DNA from: Pseudomonadota bacterium
GTDB taxonomy: Bacteria > Pseudomonadota > Alphaproteobacteria > Rhizobiales > Beijerinckiaceae
Reading direction: 5' to 3'
DNA: 64,000 bases
NCBI GenBank assembly: GCA_021804825.1
Contig: JAJZGX010000002.1
Coordinates: forward strand, 2,760 to 66,759
Shown: positions 39,503-46,442 of the stretch, in pieces
How the letters are laid out: each line of letters begins with the position of its first letter
How positions within the stretch are numbered: position 1 is the first letter of the stretch
The notes under the pieces: generated by a model
Told to the model about the DNA's origin: nothing
Seen by the model: the letters and a program-made list of their open reading frames with translations, nothing else
Databases searched by the model: none
Made by a program: the position numbers and the translations under genes

Positions 39503-40365
39503 ACATGAACGTCAAAGCCCTCCAGAGATTTCTGTCGCAGCAGGCCGGTCTCGCCTTCCCGCCCGAGAAAGCCTGGCTCGCCGAAAGCCGCCTGCAGCCC
39601 GTGGTGGAACGCCACGGCCTTCCCACCATTGATGCGCTGATCGGCCAGATCGTTTCCGGTTTCGAGCCGCAGCTCGCCGCTGAAACCGTGGAAGCGATGC
39701 TGACCCACGAGACATTTTTCTTTCGCGATCGCCTGCCGTTTGATCAGTTCCGCACGACCATGCTGCCGGATATCATGCGCCTGCGCGATTCCGATCGCCG
39801 CATCCGTATCTGGTCTGCGGCCTGTTCAACCGGGCAGGAGCCCTATTCTTTGGCCATGCTGCTCGATGAGGAATCGCGCAAGCTGAATGGCTGGCGGGTT
39901 GAATTGCTGGCGTCGGATATTTCCGCTTCGGTCATTGATGTGGCGCGGCGTGGTTTGTTCTCGCAATTCGAGGTGCAGCGCGGTTTGCCGATCAACCACT
40001 TGCTGCGTTATTTCCATCGTGCCGGCGAATATTGGGAAATCGCCGAGCATATCCGGGCGCGGATCGAATTCCGGCAGATCAATCTCATGAGCAACATCAG
40101 CCGACTGGGCCAGTTCGACCTGATTTTTTGCCGCAACGTCCTGATCTATTTCGACGACAAAACCCGCGCCAGTGCACTCGCGCAATTGACCTCCGCGCTG
40201 GCGCCGGGTGGCTATCTGGTTTTGGGCGCCTCCGAATCCCTGCCCGACTGCCCGGAGGATCTGAAGCCCATGTCGTTTCAAAACAGCATTTTCCGCAAGA
40301 CTGAAGCGGGCTCGCCGCTGGAGCGCCATTGGGCGCAACCCGGCTCGCGCCTGAGCAAGCTGTAA
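39499..40365 (+). CDS. cheR: Chemotaxis protein methyltransferase CheR
   Basis: 288 aa with ..THETFFFRD.., the SAM motif RIWSAACSTGQEPYSLAM and ..IFCRNVLIYFD.. The start is GTG 39499 (overlapping the cheB stop) or ATG 39505. Confidence 0.92.
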   Translation: MNMNVKALQRFLSQQAGLAFPPEKAWLAESRLQPVVERHGLPTIDALIGQIVSGFEPQLAAETVEAMLTHETFFFRDRLPFDQFRTTMLPDIMRLRDSDRRIRIWSAACSTGQEPYSLAMLLDEESRKLNGWRVELLASDISASVIDVARRGLFSQFEVQRGLPINHLLRYFHRAGEYWEIAEHIRARIEFRQINLMSNISRLGQFDLIFCRNVLIYFDDKTRASALAQLTSALAPGGYLVLGASESLPDCPEDLKPMSFQNSIFRKTEAGSPLERHWAQPGSRLSKL

Positions 40366-40371
40366 CACGAG

Positions 40372-40950
40372 ATGCAGCCGCCACGCATTGTGGAGACCCT
40401 GCGGCTGACGCTGCGGCCTGTGGCGCTCGGGGACGCCCGCGAGATTTATCGCGGCTGGGCCGGGCGCGCCAAGGCCACCAGAATGATGAATTTTCCGCGC
40501 CATCTCAACCAGACAGCGAGCCAGGCCTGGGTCGAACGCTGTCTTCGCAACTGGCAAGAGGCAACGGCTTTTGCCTATATGATCCTCTTGCGGGATACCG
40601 GCGAGCGCATGGGGTCGATCGAAATAGCCCTGCAAGGCAGCGCTGCTGAAATCGGCTATATATTGGCAGAACAGTTCTGGGGCCGCGGCTATGCCACCGA
40701 GGCAACCAGGGCGCTGGTCGACTGGGCCGAAGCGCAGCGCGACATCGGCCGCATCAGCGCCACCTGCCACCCCGATAATATCGCCTCAAGCCGGGTCATT
40801 GAAAAAGCCGGATTGCACCTCGAAGGCCGTTTGGAGGATGCGACCAGCTGGCCGCAATTGCAGCGCAGCAATGGCCCTTGTCTGGTCTACAGCCGCTCCT
40901 TCGGAGGCCCGCGACAGCCGATCGAGCATGCGCCGCTCAGGCTGCAATGA
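40372..40950 (+). CDS. GNAT-family N-acetyltransferase (RimJ/RimL-like)
   Basis: 192 aa: LRLTLRPVALGDAREIY.. ..GYILAEQFWGRGYATEATRALVDWA.. ..NIASSRVIEKAGL.. It starts 6 nt after the cheR stop. Confidence 0.8.
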   Translation: MQPPRIVETLRLTLRPVALGDAREIYRGWAGRAKATRMMNFPRHLNQTASQAWVERCLRNWQEATAFAYMILLRDTGERMGSIEIALQGSAAEIGYILAEQFWGRGYATEATRALVDWAEAQRDIGRISATCHPDNIASSRVIEKAGLHLEGRLEDATSWPQLQRSNGPCLVYSRSFGGPRQPIEHAPLRLQ

Positions 40951-41929
40951 CGGCCGGGCGCGCCTTGGCCGCAATGGTTTCCAGCCAGCCGGCATAAAGC
41001 TCAACGGCGGTCTCGCGCCAGCGTTGGCGCGGCGTGTGCGTCGCCAGCACATCATCGAGGCGGTGCAGCAAGGCTGGGTCACGCTGCTGAATGGCCGTTG
41101 CGGCGAGGTCTTGCAGACGCTGGCGCAGCGCCGGTGAAAAATAACTGGTCGGCAAGGCCGGATGGTGGGCCGTTTCGCCGTTCAGAAAGCGGCGCACGTC
41201 GCGGCGATATTCGAGGCCGAGCGCATTGGCATTATATTCCGGATGGCCCTGGACAAAGAGCATGTGCGGGCTGGCGGCGCGGGTAAACCAGTCCGGCCCG
41301 GCTTCTGCGCTCTGGGTGAGAATGACATAGTCATTGGCACGCAATTGCGCGGCATCAAGCGTGTTGTAGCGCGATTGCGGCGTCAAAGGATTGCCGGCAA
41401 GATGGCGCAAGACCGGCGCATCGCCGACAAGTTCTGTCTGGAAGACGCCGCTGAGTTTCTCTTGCAGGCGCACCCGCTCGATGCCGTCAAGATGCAGCAC
41501 GGCGGCATGCGCGGCGCGACACGACCACAAAACCGGCAATTCCTGCGCCGCCGTCGTTGCAATCAGCGCCGCCATTTTGGCCCAATGCGGTTCGGCGCGC
41601 ATGTCAGGCAACAAGGCTTCGCCGCCGGTGACGACCAAAGCATCGAGGCCAGCTTCGCCAAGCGTGGCAACATCGGCCGAAGTGGCGGCAAGTTCTGCGG
41701 CGATTTCAGGATTGCGCGGAATTTCACTGATATGAAACAGGCTGAGCGTCAGCATGGGAAAGCCGAAGCCGAGCAGGCGGGCAGCGTTGGCGATGAGTTC
41801 GGCAAACTGCCGTTCGGTGGCGCGCAACGCCGCATCGGGCATGTTATTGACCAGGCCGATGCGCAGCGGCTTGCGCCGTTTGGGCAGGAACAGGTTGGGC
41901 AGGAACAGCTTCGTGTCATCGGTCGGCAT
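40937..41929 (-). CDS. MetA/HTS-family homoserine O-acyl(succinyl/acetyl)transferase homologue, divergent
   Basis: 330 aa. LRIGLVNNMPDAALRATERQF corresponds to the MetA LNLMPxK..TE.QF region. The catalytic Cys context is LWSCRAAHAAV and the His/Glu context is FVQGHPEYN. It has an extra C-terminal tail. It is the last gene of the 4-gene operon. Confidence 0.75.
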   Translation of the reverse strand: MPTDDTKLFLPNLFLPKRRKPLRIGLVNNMPDAALRATERQFAELIANAARLLGFGFPMLTLSLFHISEIPRNPEIAAELAATSADVATLGEAGLDALVVTGGEALLPDMRAEPHWAKMAALIATTAAQELPVLWSCRAAHAAVLHLDGIERVRLQEKLSGVFQTELVGDAPVLRHLAGNPLTPQSRYNTLDAAQLRANDYVILTQSAEAGPDWFTRAASPHMLFVQGHPEYNANALGLEYRRDVRRFLNGETAHHPALPTSYFSPALRQRLQDLAATAIQQRDPALLHRLDDVLATHTPRQRWRETAVELYAGWLETIAAKARPAVIAA

Positions 41930-41933
41930 CGGT

Positions 41934-43250
41934 TCAGCCTCCAGCTGCCAGGCGCAGGGGAGCGCGGTGCTTTACCGCCGCACCTAGCGCCTGATCGAGA
42001 TCAGCGATAATGTCGTCAATGTGCTCAATGCCAACACTGATGCGGATGGTTTCGGGACGAATCCCGGCCTTGATCTGATCCTCCGGGGTCATCTGCCGAT
42101 GGGTGGTGGAGGCCGGATGGCACGCCAGCGTCTTGGCATCGCCGATGTTGACGAGACGGCGCACCAGTTTCAGCGCGTCAAAGAACGCCTTGCCATCCTC
42201 CATGCTGCCGGCGATGCCAAAGGTCAGCAGCGAAGGCGCTTTGCCGCCAAGCTGGCTTTGCACCAGAGCGTGCCCGGGATGCTCGGGAAAGCCGGCATAA
42301 TTGACCCACCCCACCCGCCGATCATTCCGCAAAAACTGCGCCACGGCGCTGGCATTGCTGACATGGCGCTCCATGCGCAATGACAATGTTTCGATGCCCT
42401 GCATGAGCTGAAATGCGCTGGTCGCAGGCAGAATGGCGCCGGTCGTCCGCATCCAGACGGAGCGGGCGCGGGCGATATAGGCCCCCGCACCAAAGCGCTC
42501 GGCATAAACGAGGCCGTGATAGGAAAGGTCCGGCTCATTGAAAATCGGAAAGCGCGTTGGCTGCAGGCGCCAATCGAAGCGCCCTGAATCAATGATGATG
42601 CCGCCGAGCGTTGTGCCATGTCCGCCCATGAATTTGGTCAGCGAATGCACGACAATGTCGGCGCCATGCTCGATCGGGCGCAGCAAGGCCGGAGTCGCGA
42701 CGGTATTATCGACCAGCAGCGGCACGCCAGCCTCATGGGCGACACGGGCGATGGCAGCAATATCGCAGATATTGCCGGCCGGGTTGCCGACACTCTCGCA
42801 GAACACCGCGCGGGTGGTGTCGTCGATTTCAGCGGCAATATCTTCGGCGCTGTCACTTCTGGCGAAGCGCACCTTGATGCCTTGGCGTGGCAGCACATGC
42901 GCCAACAATGTGTGTGTGGTGCCATAGAGTTGCGGGGTGGCAACAATCGTGCCGCCGTGATCGGCCAGCGTCACAAAGGCATAATGCAGGGCCGCCTGCC
43001 CGCTGGCGACGGCGAGTGCACCAATGCCGCCCTCCATCGCCGCGACGCGTTTTTCGAGAATGTCCGTGGTCGGGTTGGAAATGCGGCTGTAGCGGAATCC
43101 CTCGGCCTCAAGATCAAACAAGGCGGCGGCATGGTCAGCGCTGTCGAAAATATACGCAGCCGTCTGATAAATCGGCACGCTCGCTGCCCTGGTGGTGGGG
43201 TCGCCATCGAAGCCAGCATGGATCGCCAATGTTTCCAATCGCATCGCCAT
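41934..43250 (-). CDS. metY: O-acetyl/O-succinyl-homoserine sulfhydrylase-type PLP enzyme (MetY/MetZ, Cys/Met-metabolism PLP family)
   Basis: 438 aa: ETLAIHAG.., YSRISNPT, the PLP-Lys motif VVHSLTKFMGGHG, and ..HPASTTH.. GGAGG RBS at 43252-43256 (minus strand). Confidence 0.88.
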   Translation of the reverse strand: MAMRLETLAIHAGFDGDPTTRAASVPIYQTAAYIFDSADHAAALFDLEAEGFRYSRISNPTTDILEKRVAAMEGGIGALAVASGQAALHYAFVTLADHGGTIVATPQLYGTTHTLLAHVLPRQGIKVRFARSDSAEDIAAEIDDTTRAVFCESVGNPAGNICDIAAIARVAHEAGVPLLVDNTVATPALLRPIEHGADIVVHSLTKFMGGHGTTLGGIIIDSGRFDWRLQPTRFPIFNEPDLSYHGLVYAERFGAGAYIARARSVWMRTTGAILPATSAFQLMQGIETLSLRMERHVSNASAVAQFLRNDRRVGWVNYAGFPEHPGHALVQSQLGGKAPSLLTFGIAGSMEDGKAFFDALKLVRRLVNIGDAKTLACHPASTTHRQMTPEDQIKAGIRPETIRISVGIEHIDDIIADLDQALGAAVKHRAPLRLAAGG

Positions 43251-43257
43251 GCCTCCG

Positions 43258-44187
43258 TCAGGTCAACTGCAGGCTGCGTCGCAGCTTGGCAGGCCAGAGC
43301 GCCGGATCGAGCCCATGCGTCGCAAACATCGCGACGGCGAGGCGATCCATGCCGAAGGCGACGCAACCGCTGTGCGGCATCGCACCGTCCTCATCGCGCA
43401 TGTCCCAGACTTCTGTGAAATGTTCGAGGTGGTAGTTGAAACTCATGCAGGCCGTGGGCTTGGTTGCTGACACCACGGGCACCAGCAACTCGAATTTCAG
43501 GGCCAACTGCACCTGACTTGCCGCCATTATCTCACCGCCGCGCCCGAAGAACGGATCATTGGCGACATCCACGCCATAGGCGAGGCCCAACTCATCGGCC
43601 ATGCCCTGGGCGCGCTCGATCCATTCGGCACGAAAGGCAAGGATTTGCTCGGCTGTGCCGATGCGCACAAATTCGCGCATCCGGAACGACTGCAAGCGAT
43701 CGATGGATTTTGAAGGTTCGCGGCGAAAACAATCGCAGGCGACATCGAACCAGAGGCCGGCGCGCGGCACCGGCCCGGCTTGCGCCGCCATGGGGTAGAT
43801 CGGGTAGCAACTCGCCGGGCTGAGCACCAGATCACTCGCCGCCAGCGCATCGGTCCAGTCGGATTGCCCGGCATTGAAGCTGGCGACTGTGCCGGTGATT
43901 TCCCGCTCGGAACCAGTAAGACAGCACATGCACCCAAGTAAATTGGGGAAGGAATTCAGATAGCCCGACCGCTCGATCATCTTGCGGCTCATCACCGGCG
44001 GAAACCTGAAGACCGCCGCCTGTGCCGGTCGTCGACTATCGATAAACGCCTCGAGGCCACGCACCACCGCCTCATAACGCCCGGTGCGCGCCAGCACGCC
44101 GTCCACACCCATCGGGCGAAACAGGGTCTCGATCAGCTCTTGCTGGCCATCGGCGTCGAGCGGAGCTGGTTTCAGGGCGACATTCAT
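43258..44187 (-). CDS. Truncated class II aminoacyl-tRNA-synthetase homologue (SerRS-like catalytic core), amino acid:[carrier-protein] ligase type
   Basis: 309 aa with no N-terminal tRNA-binding arm. Motif 2-like is DCFRREPSKSIDRLQSFRMREFV. A SerRS-like segment is ACMSFNYHLEHF. Motif 3-like is SGCVAFGMDRLAVAMF. A Cys/Glu/Cys set (SPASCYP, FRRE, SGC) matches the Zn site of the methanogen-type SerRS lineage. Confidence 0.75.
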   Translation of the reverse strand: MNVALKPAPLDADGQQELIETLFRPMGVDGVLARTGRYEAVVRGLEAFIDSRRPAQAAVFRFPPVMSRKMIERSGYLNSFPNLLGCMCCLTGSEREITGTVASFNAGQSDWTDALAASDLVLSPASCYPIYPMAAQAGPVPRAGLWFDVACDCFRREPSKSIDRLQSFRMREFVRIGTAEQILAFRAEWIERAQGMADELGLAYGVDVANDPFFGRGGEIMAASQVQLALKFELLVPVVSATKPTACMSFNYHLEHFTEVWDMRDEDGAMPHSGCVAFGMDRLAVAMFATHGLDPALWPAKLRRSLQLT

Positions 44188-44211
44188 GGATATGACTCCG
44201 TTGGCGTTGGA

Positions 44212-45429
44212 TCAGGCGGTGAGCGTCGCTGGCATCGAGATCATCAGCGGGGATATCCCGAGATTGCCCAGAATGCGATCATTGTTGATCATCAACGGTG
44301 CGGAGAGAACGTCGCGCAAAGCACGGGCGTTGCTGGCTTCGCCATCTTCGCGGTAGCCCGGCAGGCCGTTGGCGCGCAGCGAGGCCATCACCGAGGCGAC
44401 GGCAAGCTCCGAGACATCAACCTTCAACAGAGTGATCGCCGTCTGAATATCGAGCTGGTTCAGCAAATCGGGCGTGCTGGCGGCATTTTCGTACTGGTCC
44501 AGCGTGTTGTTGAGCATGGCGCGCAGCGCGGTGAGATGGGTCGCGGCGCGGTTCAGCCAGGTGATGCCGGACGGCACAGTGCCGCTGCTGGTGGCCAATT
44601 TGCGCAAGTGCCGCCTTGCCCGCTCGTGCGCGCCCGCCGCAATGCCAGCCCAGACCCCGCCCCACATCAGATGCGCGGAGGGTATCATGGATTCGGCATG
44701 GATCGTGGCGTAATCGACCGGCATGATCTGGCCAATCTGGCCGCGGGCCTTGAGGCCGAACCCGGTCGAACACGTGCCCCGCATCCCCAGGGTCTCCCAA
44801 CCGAAGGTCGGCGTCAGGCTGTAGTCGCTCTTGTCCAGAATGACCAACACCTGGTCTGAAGCGGCGGCGGCGGCGCTGCGCCGGGCCGTGGTCACCAAGG
44901 CATCGGCCTGCTCGCCGTAAGACAACACTGTTGCAGCCCGCTCCAGCGTGAAAAAGCCACCATCCTCGATGACTGGCCCCGTGGAATTGCGCACATCGCC
45001 GCCGCTTTGGCCTTCGGTGGTGGACGAGGCCAGAAGCAATTGGTCAGTGACCATGCGCCGCATGAAGGCCATGTGCCACGGGCTTTCGCCATAATGGCCG
45101 ATGATGCAGGCAGCCTTGACGTGGTGCATCGCAAAAATCATCGCGGTCGAGGCGCAGGTCTGCCCCAGAATAAAGCAAACCTCGACAATGTCGCGCACGC
45201 TGGCGCCGCTGCCGCCAAAAGTGGTCGGCACCATGGCACCAAGCAATTTGTGCTCGCGCACCGCCGCCATGGCTTCATGCGGAAAGCGGCTGGCCCGATC
45301 GACTTGCGCGGCATGGGTGTTGGCGATGGCGGCAATTTTGTGTGCACTTTGCACAAACGGGCTGCTTTTCTTCGTTGACGCATCCAGCATGCCGTGCATA
45401 GATTGATGTATGTTCACGCCGATCTCCAT
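44212..45429 (-). CDS. Acyl-CoA dehydrogenase-fold flavoprotein (ACAD type-2 / DszC-SfnB-PltE-like)
   Basis: 405 aa: ..RFPHEAMAAVREHKLLGAMVPTTFGGSGAS.. ..TEGQSGGDV.. ..WETLGMRGTCS.. It is the first gene of the operon, directly downstream of the AT-rich region. Confidence 0.8.
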   Translation of the reverse strand: MEIGVNIHQSMHGMLDASTKKSSPFVQSAHKIAAIANTHAAQVDRASRFPHEAMAAVREHKLLGAMVPTTFGGSGASVRDIVEVCFILGQTCASTAMIFAMHHVKAACIIGHYGESPWHMAFMRRMVTDQLLLASSTTEGQSGGDVRNSTGPVIEDGGFFTLERAATVLSYGEQADALVTTARRSAAAAASDQVLVILDKSDYSLTPTFGWETLGMRGTCSTGFGLKARGQIGQIMPVDYATIHAESMIPSAHLMWGGVWAGIAAGAHERARRHLRKLATSSGTVPSGITWLNRAATHLTALRAMLNNTLDQYENAASTPDLLNQLDIQTAITLLKVDVSELAVASVMASLRANGLPGYREDGEASNARALRDVLSAPLMINNDRILGNLGISPLMISMPATLTA

Positions 45430-45590
45430 AAGCTCTCTGGATAACTTCTTGCTTAATGAAGTTAACCTTGCATGTCCGAAAAGTTTTACAACAGGAAATT
45501 GATCATATCGCTAACAAAGGCAGTAAAGATAAAATTATATTTATAGTTCAATTTTATGATGTTATTTAATGTTTTGTTGACTCTGGTTTT
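45430..45590. promoter_or_regulatory. AT-rich divergent promoter/regulatory island between the ACAD-ligase operon (-) and the GST gene (+)
   Basis: I count 47 G+C in the 160 nt 45431-45590 (about 29%) and 23/100 in 45481-45580, against visibly GC-rich flanks. Runs include aaagataaaattatatttatagttcaattttatgatgttatttaatgtttt. I could not fix a -35/-10 pair with confidence. Confidence 0.6.
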
Positions 45591-45728
45591 CTTCGCGCGC
45601 GCGAGGTGGCCACGGGGACGCACGCCATTGCGGAAAACCGCAAGATTGCGGCATCAACGCCGCGCAGGGCCTTGCTTCAGACGCGAAGCAGCGTCAAAAT
45701 TGCATCCAACTCGAAGAGGTCCGTCGTG

Positions 45729-46352
45729 ATGCAACTTTATAATTCGCCCCTGTCACCCAATGGCCGCATTGTCCTGCTGACGGCGCGTCATCTCGGGCTT
45801 GAGCTCGACACCCATGTGGTCAATGTCGCCGCTGGTGAGCACAAGTCGCCAGATTATCTCAAGCTCAACCCCAATGGCCTGTTTCCGGTGCTGGTGGATG
45901 GCGATTTCAAATTGTGGGAGGCCAATGCCATAGCGCAGTTTTTGTGCAGCAAGGTGCCTGGCACGCGGCTCTGGCCGCAACAGGGCAGGGCGCAGGCCGA
46001 TGTGACGCGCTGGCAGTTCTGGGCGGTCGCGCATTGGCTGCCGGCGCTGGCGCCGTTTTTCCGGGAAAATTACTTCAAGCAGTTGCGTCGACAGGGCGAG
46101 CCGGATGCAGCGGTGCTGGCGGCGGCCCTGCCGCAGTTGCAGCGGTTCGCCACCGTGCTGGAGGGCGCGCTCACCGGGCGCACCTGGCTTGCCGGTGACA
46201 GTGTGACCTTGGCAGATTTCGCGGTGGCTGCCGGATTGATGTTTCTCGAGGCTGGCAAATTGCCGCTGCACGACTACAAGGCCATCATGGCCTGGTTCGA
46301 GTCCATCAGGGCGCTGCCGGCCTGGGCGGAAACCACACCAAGGCTGCCATAA
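45729..46352 (+). CDS. Glutathione S-transferase family protein
   Basis: Start re-set to ATG 45729 (MQLYNSPLSPNGRIVLLTARHLGLELD..) with an AAGAGG RBS. N-terminal thioredoxin-like domain (..NPNGLFPVLVDGD..LWEANAI..) and a C-terminal alpha domain. Confidence 0.85.
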   Translation: MQLYNSPLSPNGRIVLLTARHLGLELDTHVVNVAAGEHKSPDYLKLNPNGLFPVLVDGDFKLWEANAIAQFLCSKVPGTRLWPQQGRAQADVTRWQFWAVAHWLPALAPFFRENYFKQLRRQGEPDAAVLAAALPQLQRFATVLEGALTGRTWLAGDSVTLADFAVAAGLMFLEAGKLPLHDYKAIMAWFESIRALPAWAETTPRLP

Positions 46353-46442
46353 CCACATACTATATTTGTGCAATAAAATAATTTACAATTTGATTGTGGT
46401 AATATAGGAGATGGGTATTCGGTTGAACCCAAAGGACGTGTC

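Noticed and set aside
44084-44356. 90-aa plus-strand ORF spanning the ACAD/ligase junction, considered as the missing carrier protein
   Set aside because: It lacks the acidic helix-II DSL/DSx phosphopantetheine-Ser motif and is Arg/Ser-rich. It lies antisense across two well-supported genes.
45606-45728. N-terminal extension of the GST ORF from GTG 45606 (41 extra residues)
   Set aside because: The extension is Arg/Ala/Ser-rich with no GST homology. The GST fold starts at MQLYNSP (ATG 45729), which has its own AAGAGG RBS.
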